Of a DNA stretch of 64,000 nt, positions 38,692-49,400 are shown piece after piece (the first letter of the stretch is position 1; each line of letters starts with the position of its first letter). This DNA is from Promethearchaeota archaeon. Lineage in GTDB: Archaea > Asgardarchaeota > Lokiarchaeia > Sigyniarchaeales > SOKP01. The position numbers and the translations under genes were made by a program. The notes under the pieces are model-generated. The model made no database searches, was not told the origin of the DNA, and worked only from the letters and a program-made list of their open reading frames with translations. The DNA is taken from the NCBI GenBank assembly GCA_048939015.1, contig JBHLPW010000005.1, positions 41,632 through 105,631 on the forward strand, read 5' to 3'.

Positions 38692-38756
38692 CTTAAAAAC
38701 CATTATAAGGGATAAAATTAAGATAATATTAGATCAATTATAGGATTTGAGATAAT

Positions 38757-39539
38757 TTGGAAATTACTGAATTTCTTATTGAATTTACGAATAAAGGAAG
38801 ATATGAAGTCTTTAAAAGTATATTTAATAGTAATAAGCGTCATAGTGAATTAGAAAAAGAACTAAGGATTCCAGGTCCTGAAATATCTCGCAATATCAAA
38901 AGGCTTTTGAAAAAAGACTTAATTTTGAAAACTATTGAAAATGAATATGAAATTACTAGTACTGGAAAAATTTTTCACGAAATAATAAGAATTTTTGAAA
39001 AAGTACTAAGTTTTAGTGATTTTCTAAATGAACATGATGTTAATTATATTCCAATAAATCTACTACTCGAAATTGGGAATTTAAAAATAAAACAAGTAAA
39101 CCAAACTATGAAAAATGTCCAAAAATGGGCGGATTTAGTTAAAAATTCCGAAAAATTTATATTAGCGATTTCTGACCAATTCCAAGACTCAATATTACCT
39201 ATTATTGAGAAAAAGGTTAATGTTCAAAGTCTTAAAATTAAAACTATTGTTGATGTTTCCTTACTAAAAAATTCAGTTAAGGTTGGAGAGATATTTAAGG
39301 ACAGACACGAAGTTTATGATAAAATGGATGCCTTTCAAAATGTAAAAGTGTTAGATCATATTGGTGTGTGTTTGTTAACAACAGAAAAAGGGGCTATCGT
39401 CTTTCTTAGTAAATCAGGCAAAATTGATTATAGTCAATGTTTAGAGGCTGATAATGAAGATTTCATTAATTGGGTTCAAGATTTATTTAAGTGGTATTGG
39501 AAAAAAGGAAAGCCTCTTAAGCCTTTTATTAGGAAATAA
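38757..39539 (+). CDS. Winged-helix transcriptional regulator (DUF1724-like)
   Basis: N-terminal ArsR-like HTH (EISRNIKRLLKKDLI...YEITSTG) and C-terminal GKIDYSQCL...WVQDLFKWYW; TTG start. Confidence 0.85.
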   Translation: MEITEFLIEFTNKGRYEVFKSIFNSNKRHSELEKELRIPGPEISRNIKRLLKKDLILKTIENEYEITSTGKIFHEIIRIFEKVLSFSDFLNEHDVNYIPINLLLEIGNLKIKQVNQTMKNVQKWADLVKNSEKFILAISDQFQDSILPIIEKKVNVQSLKIKTIVDVSLLKNSVKVGEIFKDRHEVYDKMDAFQNVKVLDHIGVCLLTTEKGAIVFLSKSGKIDYSQCLEADNEDFINWVQDLFKWYWKKGKPLKPFIRK

Positions 39540-39548
39540 ATGTAAATT

Positions 39549-41114
39549 CTATCCATTAAATTGTTGGAATAATTTCTGCCAAGTTTGATATCTATTTGTT
39601 AATTTTTGTATCATATTCTCTCGAGGTTTAATTGTTTTTAAAAGCTTTAGATTTTGATTCCTAGATTCTAAATCCATAACAGATCTTATCCGTCCTTCAG
39701 CTATATCACATAGAACTAACATACCTTGGATCGAACTTTCAAAACTCATGGAAGTATTAATATTTGTCTGTAATAAATCTGAAAACCTTTGTACTAATAC
39801 TGGATTACGAGTAATACCTCCCAAAATTGAATAAGAAGGATTAGATATATTAATATAACTTTTTAATATTTCAATATTTCGCATTACAGCAAAGTGAATA
39901 TTATCAAAAACCGCTGCAATAAAAGCTTCTTTCTTTATGTCTATCTCTTCTAAACCTCCCGGACTTTGGAAATGAAATAATCCAGGCATTAGTCCAGTTT
40001 GAGTACTTGCTAATGGTCTTGGTCCCAATAATGAATAGACACACGTTTCTCTAATCTGTTCCTGTGATGCATTCGCTTCAAATTGATCATATCGGGTGAA
40101 AGCTTCGTTTATTTTTTGGAATCGTTGTTCCAATGTATTTTTTTCCCCTTTATAGAATAAATTAGCAGCCCATTTTAGGAGTTGTCCAGTTATTCCCGTG
40201 TTTGTTTCTAAATAATAATGATTGAACAAATTTTTACAAGCAAAGACACCACTCCAAGTTTGTTCATTAGGATCAATATATAATGAGTCTGTAACTGCCT
40301 GAACAGGTGATGTACTGCCTAAAACCGCTCCAATAGATCCTACTTCTACACATTGGCAACCTAATAATGCTGCTTGAGTGTCTGATATCCCCGCTACTAA
40401 TTGGGTTTCAGAGTTAAGTCCCAATTCTTTTTGATATTGCTCAGAAACAGTTCCAATTATTTCTCCTGGTAATACTGGCCATGGAAAAAAATAATCTGGT
40501 AAATCAAGGATATCATTCCATACAGGGTGCCAGATTTTGGACTCTATATCAAAGAATCCAGACTCTCCTGCACTAATAATATTAGCATGAACTTCTCCTC
40601 CAAATTTAACCAAGATCCAGCTATCCATTGGTAAGTATTGAGTAATTCGCTTAAATCTTTCATGGTTTTCTTGATCTTCCTTAAAGAATTTATATCTCGC
40701 TGGAATAAAAAGTAAAGAGGGATAATGCCCCGTACTTTCATAAAATGTTTTTCCAGTGTGATTTTGAAATTCTTCTTCAATATCATCAGCACAATTGATT
40801 CCTCCTAGGTCAAAACTCGCACCTATATAAACTGCATCATCATTTTCATCAGTGAATACACAACTAGGGCGTATTGAAGATGCTGTAATAAATCTGATGT
40901 CATTTGGATTGATATTTGATGATTTAATAGTAAGCTTAGTAAGTTCAATTATTTTTTCCCAGTAATTTCTATGATTCCACTCACGTTGATAGCCATCTTC
41001 ACTCTGAATTGTTTCTTTATTCCAAATTTCTAAAGCGATTATATTGCAAAACTCATCTGCTATTGCACACTTCAAAACTTTGCTTCCAGAATCATAGACC
41101 AATCGATATTCCAT
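39549..41114 (-). CDS. FGGY-family sugar kinase, LsrK/YoaC-like (divergent)
   Basis: YDSGS, TASSIR, GEIIGTV, DTQAALLG, LGSTSP, ETNTGITG. Confidence 0.85.
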   Translation of the reverse strand: MEYRLVYDSGSKVLKCAIADEFCNIIALEIWNKETIQSEDGYQREWNHRNYWEKIIELTKLTIKSSNINPNDIRFITASSIRPSCVFTDENDDAVYIGASFDLGGINCADDIEEEFQNHTGKTFYESTGHYPSLLFIPARYKFFKEDQENHERFKRITQYLPMDSWILVKFGGEVHANIISAGESGFFDIESKIWHPVWNDILDLPDYFFPWPVLPGEIIGTVSEQYQKELGLNSETQLVAGISDTQAALLGCQCVEVGSIGAVLGSTSPVQAVTDSLYIDPNEQTWSGVFACKNLFNHYYLETNTGITGQLLKWAANLFYKGEKNTLEQRFQKINEAFTRYDQFEANASQEQIRETCVYSLLGPRPLASTQTGLMPGLFHFQSPGGLEEIDIKKEAFIAAVFDNIHFAVMRNIEILKSYINISNPSYSILGGITRNPVLVQRFSDLLQTNINTSMSFESSIQGMLVLCDIAEGRIRSVMDLESRNQNLKLLKTIKPRENMIQKLTNRYQTWQKLFQQFNG

Positions 41115-41121
41115 CACATTC

Positions 41122-41865
41122 TTACCTCTTTATCATTATCCTTTTTTTTAACTCTTTTAGTGCTATTGTTGTAGATTCCTCTGCTTGTTGCCTTGTTACC
41201 ATTCCAATGGCTACAGCACAAATATTATGCTTAGCAATATAGTGAAATGCAACATCAGGCTTTATTTCTCCTGTAGCTAGAGTTTTCATGCCAATAAAAT
41301 ATAAATCTTTTTTATTATCAACTATTTGTTCTAATTTTTTGGCATTTCCCATCAGAAATCCACGTGCATTAAAAGGTAATAAAAAAACTCTTACATTCAA
41401 TGAATTTTTTATGCAATATTGAATTGTAGGAATTGGATCATGAGTTGCAATACCAGGAATAATGCCATAACTTGAGATTTCATCTAAAAGCTCTATTAAA
41501 TTCGATCCTTTCCCATCTGAAATCATTCCATGCACAAATATTAATTTTGCTCCTATTTTAATCAACGCATTAATTTTAGGATCATTACCTGGATATGTAG
41601 ATCCCAAAATAACATAGTCATTATATTTCTCTGTCATAATCTGTGCTGCATCTAAGATTTTACCACTTGGGATTACTTCGATACCACGCGCTCCTTTATT
41701 ATAACTACTTTCTAAAATCTCTATTATAGCATCTGGATTATTGAGAAATTTCCTACGCCACTCATATGCATTAATTCCGAATTGGCCAGCACCTATAAAA
41801 GGAGAAGTTCCCGTGGAAACTAGTGGTATATTTACATTATCGATTTTACAAAACAATATTGCCAC
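41122..41865 (-). CDS. Hypothetical TIM-barrel protein, aldo/keto-reductase-like
   Basis: GTSPFIGAGQF, PGIATH, LPFNARGFLM, GMKTLATG; GTG start; directly upstream of the kinase on the same strand. Confidence 0.7.
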   Translation of the reverse strand: MAILFCKIDNVNIPLVSTGTSPFIGAGQFGINAYEWRRKFLNNPDAIIEILESSYNKGARGIEVIPSGKILDAAQIMTEKYNDYVILGSTYPGNDPKINALIKIGAKLIFVHGMISDGKGSNLIELLDEISSYGIIPGIATHDPIPTIQYCIKNSLNVRVFLLPFNARGFLMGNAKKLEQIVDNKKDLYFIGMKTLATGEIKPDVAFHYIAKHNICAVAIGMVTRQQAEESTTIALKELKKRIMIKR

Positions 41866-42049
41866 TTCTTAAGAGTGTATACAGATTCTATCTTATATTT
41901 AAGACTAATTATTATAAACACAGTTCAATGACAAAAAATCAATGCTTATTAAAATAATCTACAAAAATCATATTAAATTTTAAAGATTATTAATGATAAA
42001 AAGCATATGAAATTCAGTTATAATTCTGATCTACGAAGAGGAGGATAGA

Positions 42050-44128
42050 ATGCCACCAATTAATGGTGTTATCTGCAATACTTTAACTTTTTATGATAGA
42101 GATTTGAAAATTGACCAATATTTAAACTCTCTTCTCCTTCGACATATTCTCACAAATGAAGCAAATAATCTACTTTTTTTCGGAGATATTGGTGATAGCG
42201 AGTTATTTTCCGAAGCAGAAAAAATAAAGTTAATCGAAATAGCCACAAAACTTACAGAAAGTAAGATTCCTTTATTTATTGGGATTTATGGAAATGAAAT
42301 AGATGAAGTAATTGATCAGATTGAAAATATTGATAAAAAATTTGATAATCTAAACTTTATGATTTCTCCTCCTATTTCCGAAAAAAATCCTGTTGATATG
42401 GTAATTTCATATTTTGAAAATATTTTAAGTTCGATTAACCCTAAAAGCCAGATTTATTTAATAAATAATCCTTTAAAATTTTCTAAAAATGAAATAGAAC
42501 CCGAAATGTTGAAAAAACTAATAGAATTTTCAAATTTGAAAGGTTTAAATGATTCATTTTATAATATCAAAAAATGCAAATCCTTCATTCAATTCCTAAA
42601 CAACGAGTTTTCTATCTTTTGTGGATTAGAAGAATATGCTCATAGTTTTTTCCAATTAGTACCTTTGAATCAGAGAAAATATACCGGAATAATTTCTAGT
42701 ATTAGTAATCTGAGTAATATGTATTCAAAACTTTATAAATATGCACTGGAAGATAATATATTAGAACTTCTCCAATTACAAGAACAAATAAATGATTTTA
42801 GGAATAAACTTTATGAAGTTAAAGGTAATCAATTCAAGGAGAAAATTGGATTAAAACATGCTTTTTTATACTTGTATAGGGATTTAATCTCAAGTTCTAC
42901 AGACATTTCAAATAATATTGATGAAATACTTGGATCTCAAATAAATTCAATAAGTAAAGAAAGAATCGAAGCGACAGTGAATTATTTATTAAATCAGAAA
43001 CTTATATATAAGTTATATTTTATTAGTAAAAAAGATCTCTACCAATTTAGCGATATTATTGATACTTTTTCAAAAATCGATGTTTTAGTTAAGCAAGGTA
43101 AAGTAAAAAAAATTAAAGGCCCTTATATCCTAGATGCTAATACAGTTTATCGAGTAAATTTTGAAAATAATCAATTAGTTTTTAGATTTCACACGAGTCC
43201 TTATTCTCAATTTGATAATCTAATAAAAGAAAAATTATTGTATCCCTTTTTAGATAATACTCTAAATCCAAATGATACTGATTTAAGGATTAAAGTAAAA
43301 GAGATATTAAATATTAGGTCTGGTTCTTATGTATTTGCTAAAGAAAATCCGCCAATAATTCCCGTTAGTAATTTAGTTTTTTATGATGAGACTAAAGAGA
43401 CTGTACCTTACATTTTCTCTGTGCAAGATTATATTCGAGGTAAACCCCTTTTTCAACTTATAAACCAATATATTAATGAGGGGAAAAACTTAAACACTAA
43501 AAAATTCCTTGATCTGTTTAATAACTTAGGAGATCATTTAGCTAATCTGCATGAGGTAGGCTTTGATGCCTTTTACACAAATATTAATAATATTGGGAAA
43601 AATTTGAAGATTTCTTATATAGAAAACTTTGAAAATGAGTTAGAAGATAAAATTCAAGAAGCAAAGAGAAACAAGATAGACTTTATTACCGATATTAAGG
43701 CTTATATTAGAGATAATAGAGCTTTAATTGAAGATGAGAGAGAATTTGTTCTACTACATAACGATTTTAAAAGTCAAAATATTATTGTGAAAGATCAATC
43801 AGGAGTCGTTAATATAAATGGCTTTGTTGATTTCGATAATTGGTGTGTGGGGAGTAGAGCTAAAGATTTCGTTAAAATTGATTATTGGATTTTAAAACCT
43901 TTAAATAATCCTTTATTTTATAACTCATTTTATAATGCTTATTCGAAATTTTATAAAATTGATTCAGAATTTAAGAAAAAAATTGAAATTTACAAATTGC
44001 TTTGGCTCTTGGATGAATATAATCTTGAAACTGAATTAATTAGAAAATCAAATCAGTTGGATATCCTAAGAAAATCATCAATGTCTTTAGAGGGTTATAT
44101 TTTTGAGATTAAAGCTATAATTCGATAA
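42050..44128 (+). CDS. Fusion of a degenerate DHDPS/NAL-family barrel and an APH/choline-kinase-like phosphotransferase
   Basis: N-terminal DHDPS-like pattern (GVICNTLTFYD, ISPP, INNP, GLNDS); C-terminal LANLH, LLHNDFKSQNIIV, VDFD. Confidence 0.8.
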   Translation: MPPINGVICNTLTFYDRDLKIDQYLNSLLLRHILTNEANNLLFFGDIGDSELFSEAEKIKLIEIATKLTESKIPLFIGIYGNEIDEVIDQIENIDKKFDNLNFMISPPISEKNPVDMVISYFENILSSINPKSQIYLINNPLKFSKNEIEPEMLKKLIEFSNLKGLNDSFYNIKKCKSFIQFLNNEFSIFCGLEEYAHSFFQLVPLNQRKYTGIISSISNLSNMYSKLYKYALEDNILELLQLQEQINDFRNKLYEVKGNQFKEKIGLKHAFLYLYRDLISSSTDISNNIDEILGSQINSISKERIEATVNYLLNQKLIYKLYFISKKDLYQFSDIIDTFSKIDVLVKQGKVKKIKGPYILDANTVYRVNFENNQLVFRFHTSPYSQFDNLIKEKLLYPFLDNTLNPNDTDLRIKVKEILNIRSGSYVFAKENPPIIPVSNLVFYDETKETVPYIFSVQDYIRGKPLFQLINQYINEGKNLNTKKFLDLFNNLGDHLANLHEVGFDAFYTNINNIGKNLKISYIENFENELEDKIQEAKRNKIDFITDIKAYIRDNRALIEDEREFVLLHNDFKSQNIIVKDQSGVVNINGFVDFDNWCVGSRAKDFVKIDYWILKPLNNPLFYNSFYNAYSKFYKIDSEFKKKIEIYKLLWLLDEYNLETELIRKSNQLDILRKSSMSLEGYIFEIKAIIR

Positions 44129-44160
44129 TTATTTTATGACCGTGTTTGGAGTAAATATAG

Positions 44161-45078
44161 ATGTCAAATTTTAAAAAAGAATTAAATTTAGCAGTGAATC
44201 TGGTAGATAAAGCAAGAAAGATTACAGAATGGTTTAGAAAAAAAGGTTTTACATCGTTTTCGAAGTCCGATCATTCACCTGTTACATTAGCGGATTTTGC
44301 TTCTCAAATCTATATTATTTCCCAATTAAAGCAAAATTTTCCAAATGATGAAATTATAGCAGAAGAAGAAAATACTGAATTGATAGATACAACGGCAGAA
44401 AATCTAATTAGAAAATGTCTCATTGATTTAAAATTAGAAAAATTAGAAAATTTAAAAGAAAATCTTAAATTTCGTGGAAAATCTTCTAATCGTCAATGGA
44501 CGATTGATCCAATTGATGGGACAATCGGATACCAAAAAAACTTGACTTACGCCATAGGCGTAGGATTTATGTTAAATTCAATCCCAAAAGTTTGTGCTAT
44601 TGCCGTACCAAATTATAGCAAAAGATCGTTAGCAATTTTTAGGGCTGAGGAAAGTCAAGGCGCTCAAATATCATATAATAATAAAGACTTTAAATCAATT
44701 TTTATCAGTCAAAATGAAGATTTGCCAAATATTCGATTATGTCACTCTTTACATTATGATCAACCTTGGGTCCTAAATTTTGCAAAGAAAATCGGAATTA
44801 AGAACTTCATTCAAATTGATAGTATGGCAAAATTTTGTATGGTAGCTGATGGTACTGCTGATCTTTACATTAAACCATTAGACATAGACCGCTCATTCAC
44901 ATGGGATTTTATGCCTGGAGATTTAATTGTAAGAGAAGCAGGAGGGATCGTCACAGATTTAAATGGAGAACGAATAAAATTTAAAAAAGAAAAATGTATA
45001 TGGAGTGCCCCAGGTATTATTGCTTCAAATGGCATTTTTCATAAAAAAATAGTAGATTTATACAAACAGTATCATTAG
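44161..45078 (+). CDS. Inositol monophosphatase family, PAP phosphatase (Hal2/SAL1-like)
   Basis: SPVTLADF, AEE, IDPIDGT, IDSMAKF, WD....LIVREAGGIVTD. Confidence 0.9.
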   Translation: MSNFKKELNLAVNLVDKARKITEWFRKKGFTSFSKSDHSPVTLADFASQIYIISQLKQNFPNDEIIAEEENTELIDTTAENLIRKCLIDLKLEKLENLKENLKFRGKSSNRQWTIDPIDGTIGYQKNLTYAIGVGFMLNSIPKVCAIAVPNYSKRSLAIFRAEESQGAQISYNNKDFKSIFISQNEDLPNIRLCHSLHYDQPWVLNFAKKIGIKNFIQIDSMAKFCMVADGTADLYIKPLDIDRSFTWDFMPGDLIVREAGGIVTDLNGERIKFKKEKCIWSAPGIIASNGIFHKKIVDLYKQYH

Positions 45079-45091
45079 AATAAGAAATTAA

Positions 45092-46180
45092 TCAGATGAG
45101 TGCATATTTTGCTAAATTTGTCTGTCTTGTTTTTGGATTTCTTTCAAAATTTGATAACTTAATCCCTACAAGCCTTATTTTTTTTTTACTATTAGAAAAT
45201 TCGCGAAATAATTCCAATGTAATATCTAAAACAAAATCTTTATCTTGAATATGAAAAGGAAGAGTTTTAGAACGAGTAAACGTTTGAAAGCCTTCAAATC
45301 TGATCTTTAATGTAACCGTCTTGTAAGTAATCTGATGTTTTATAACGGATTTGTGAATACTTTCATTAATTTCTTCAATTCTTGACAAAATGTCATTAAA
45401 ATTATCAGTATCTGAGTAAAAAGTTCTTTCAGCACTTATAGATTTCCTATCTACATGAAATTCTTTTACCTGACGGTTATCTAGTCCATTCACAATTTTC
45501 CAAATCCAACTTCCATGCTTACCAAATAAATCCATTATTGTTGGTAAAGGTGTAGAAATGATATCTCCAATTTTCCTTATTCCATTTTTACAATAATATA
45601 CTTTTGATTTTTTTCCAATACCTGGAATGCGAGTAATATCCATATCTTTTAAAAATTCATGTATCTTATCAGGTTTAACAATTGTAATACCATTAGGTTT
45701 ATTTTCATCAGAAGCGATTTTAGCTAAAGATTTCGTCGGTGCAATACCTATTGAAATTGTAATACCAATTTTCATTATAATTTCCTTTTGGATTTCTCTT
45801 GCGATTATTTCCGCTTCTTCAAAATATTTAGTAATTTCCGTTAATTCTAAGTATGCCTCATCTGTTCCAACTTTCTGGAAAACATTGCTATATTTTTTTA
45901 GTATTTCCATTACTTCATTAGAAACTTTATAATATTTATTACCATTTGGTTTTAGATAAATTCCATGAGGACATCTTCTATATGCCTGAGATATAGGCAT
46001 TGCAGAGTGTAAACCATACTTTCTAGCTTCATAATTACAGGTTGATATCACACCTCTTCCCTTACCTTCCTTTGGATCCGCTCCTATTATAACAGGTTTA
46101 CCTTTTAAATGCGGATTATCTCTTATTTCTACTGCCGCAAAAAAGCAATCAAGATCACAGTGTAATATAATACGACTCAT
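45092..46180 (-). CDS. dinB: Y-family DNA polymerase IV (DinB/Dbh)
   Basis: HCDLDCFFAAVE, CNYEARKYG, GTDEAYL, AKIASDENKPNG, C-terminal PIP-like QTNLAKY. Confidence 0.96.
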   Translation of the reverse strand: MSRIILHCDLDCFFAAVEIRDNPHLKGKPVIIGADPKEGKGRGVISTCNYEARKYGLHSAMPISQAYRRCPHGIYLKPNGNKYYKVSNEVMEILKKYSNVFQKVGTDEAYLELTEITKYFEEAEIIAREIQKEIIMKIGITISIGIAPTKSLAKIASDENKPNGITIVKPDKIHEFLKDMDITRIPGIGKKSKVYYCKNGIRKIGDIISTPLPTIMDLFGKHGSWIWKIVNGLDNRQVKEFHVDRKSISAERTFYSDTDNFNDILSRIEEINESIHKSVIKHQITYKTVTLKIRFEGFQTFTRSKTLPFHIQDKDFVLDITLELFREFSNSKKKIRLVGIKLSNFERNPKTRQTNLAKYALI

Positions 46181-46418
46181 AATTTAAGGAAATGAAGATA
46201 AAAGAAATAATAACCAAAATCAAATATATTATTTCAATGAAGACTATACAGTAAAAGAGTTATACTATATTAAAAAATGAAAGAGAATGTGGAATTATTG
46301 AACTTTTATTCCCTTAGCTTTTAAGTATTTAAAGCAAATTTTCTTAAATAGAAATATCTAATTATTTTTTTTTATAATTAAATTAATAAGAATTAAATTT
46401 AATCTTAAATGATAGACT

Positions 46419-49400
46419 ATGTCTGATCTCGAACTTTTAGAGGAATATAAAGGTGCATTTACAGATTTAATAAAATCTGGAAAAGGATATACTTATTTAG
46501 TGGGAGCAGGTATTTCAATGGATCCACCCTCAAGTATCCCATCTGCAAGGGAAATAGTGAGAGCTATGTTAGAATTATGTGCTCCTATGGAAGAAATTGA
46601 TAATCTATTATCATTGAGAACACTGCGTTATGAAATGATGATTGAAAAGATAAAAAATACCGTTGATAAAGACCTGCATTTTTTGGATTATCTGGAACTT
46701 ATTGACCAACCTAATTACATTCATTATTATTTAGCAAATGCTGTAGTAAAGAGACATGATTACGTTGTTACAACAAATTTTGACTTTATGATTGAAAGAG
46801 CCCTTCAAAATGTAATCCGTGCTGAAAAACAGAATGACATTCTTCCGGTTATTACTCGGGAAGATTTTAATACTAAATATAGACCGCATGATCTTTTTAA
46901 TGAAGAAAAATACCCCCTCTACAAAATCCATGGATCTAAGCGAGATATAATTACGGGAAAAGATACAAAAGAATCCTTAATTACAACTATGGGTGCACTG
47001 GGTAAGGATCGAGAAGTCCAAGAAACTTTTGCTCTGGAAACTTATAAGAAACAAGCGGTTTATAATTTAATGAAAGATCAAACACTTATTGTGATGGGAT
47101 ATTCGGGGTCTGATGATTTTGATATAGGACCTACGTTAAAAACCATAACTTATCTTGATAAATTGATTTGGATTGAACATAGTCAAGATGAAAAAATATT
47201 AAAAATAAATAAAAATCTCTCAGGAAAGAAATTAGAATCATTTTCTCATTCAGAACAATTGCTAATTGAAATTGCTACACAAGCTGATTTCGATGTTTAT
47301 ATAATAAGAATTAATACAAGTAAGTTTGCAAAGGAAATCCTTTGGCAGCTTTTATTAAGTGAAATTTCAATCCCTGCTATAGATATTACAACTAAAAAAG
47401 AAATACCAGAATTTAAAGGATGGGTTCAGGATGAGTTTAAAGATGTTAATATTACGGAAGTAAGAAAATATATGATTTCCTGTAGTATCTATAATGAATT
47501 AAGTCTAAGCAATGAGTGCTATTTAAATGCTGAAAAGGGTTTAGAATTAGCGAAATTAGCACAAGATATTGATTCACAGACCTTCTTTTTAAATTATCTT
47601 GGCAGTAATAAACTTAAAAAAGGTGAACTTGAAGAGGCTGAGAACTATTTCAAGGAATCCCTGAAACTTTCAGAAGAATTAGAAAATCCATTGAAAAAGG
47701 CTATTGCATTATCAAATCTCGGACAATTAATCATGAGAAAAAATGAATTAAGACTTGATTTCAATCCAAAGGAAGCTCTTGAGACAATGCTAGAAGCATT
47801 GACGCTTTTTGATAAACAGAGAGATAGCATTGGAAAACTAGCATGTCTCAATAACATTGCCGAGGCTTATCTTTGGGAGGGCTCATATGAACAAGCTTTA
47901 CAAGATTTAATGACGGCACTTACATTAGTAATGGATATAGGAAATTTAGAGATTAAAGCAACTATTTCAAACAATGTTGGATGGATTACAAGTAGGATCT
48001 TATTAGAAGATAGTCTTAAAGTTTCTATGGAAAAGTTTAATGATGCATCAAATATTAGAGAACAAATGGGAGATTTGAGCGGATTGGCAAATTGTTTACG
48101 AAATATTGGAGATTTGAATTTTAACTTTTATAATTACGATCAAGCATATGATTACTATACAAAAGAATTAGAGCTAAGAATCTCATTAGGAGATATAAAA
48201 GCAGAAGCAATGGCTCTTTTATCCATTGGTTGGGTTTATTATAGACAAGGAAACCTTAGTAAAGCTTCTAACTCATTTCAAAAAGCATTAGAGATTAATA
48301 GAAAATTGAACGATAATCTGTATATTGCCTATAATACATCCTCATTAGGGTATATTACTTATTTACAGGGTGAATTAAATACATCTATTGATTTTTTCAG
48401 AGAATCTCTGCAAATCTATTCGGATTTAAAGATTAAAGCAAAATTAAAAGAAATAGAAACATATATCGATGTTCTAGAATTAATTATTAAATCTCTTAGA
48501 ACTTCTAAAGACCAAAAAGATATGTTAATTGATCTTCTACCCCTTGTTGTTAAGGATATTGAAGATATTGGGGAACAACAAAAGGTTTTAGAAACAGAAG
48601 TTTGTAAAAAAAAAAGCCCAATGGACATGTTAAACCAATCTCTTTATTTTATTTATGATGGAATACTATACGCTTTAAGAGACGACATTCAAAAAGCTAA
48701 AGAAAAGATTGAGGGTGGGTTATATTCAGCATATATTTCGGGAAATATGGAAGATGTTTTTCCCTTATTTAAGGGAATAATTGATTCCGGTCTATTAATA
48801 AGACCTTTAAATCTCGAAAGAACTAGGTTTGATTATGTTTATCGAGATGATAATATCTTATCCCCAGAAGAAGCAGAATGGCTCCATAGCAGTTATTCAA
48901 GGAATAGGCTAACTGTAGCTCATAATTTATTCGAAGAAGCATATATGGATTCTCAAATCGGTAATACACAATCTGCAATAGAAAAGTTTGAAGAAGCCAG
49001 AGAAATTTATGAAGAGTTCGATGAAATTGAGTTTATAAACACAATTGATAATTATGTCACTACTATAAAAATGATATCAGGAGAACTTGATGATTCCGAT
49101 GAAAGTTTGAATCAACAACTATTTAAACAAGTAAAATCAACCATCGATATTGGTAATAAACAAGCTACTGAGGAAGACTTGGTAGGACTAAAGCATAACA
49201 TAAAAGTTGCCTCTCAAATGAAAGATAGATTAGAAAATTTAAGACATCAGGATGATACATATAATCAGCTTTATAATATGCTTGGAGATTTTATATATAA
49301 TAATGAGGCAAAAGTGGCTGATGTTGACGAGGAGGATATTTCCTATAAGGGAACACATGAATTTACTAAAGTAGCTGATGATCTAGTTAGACAAGAAGCT

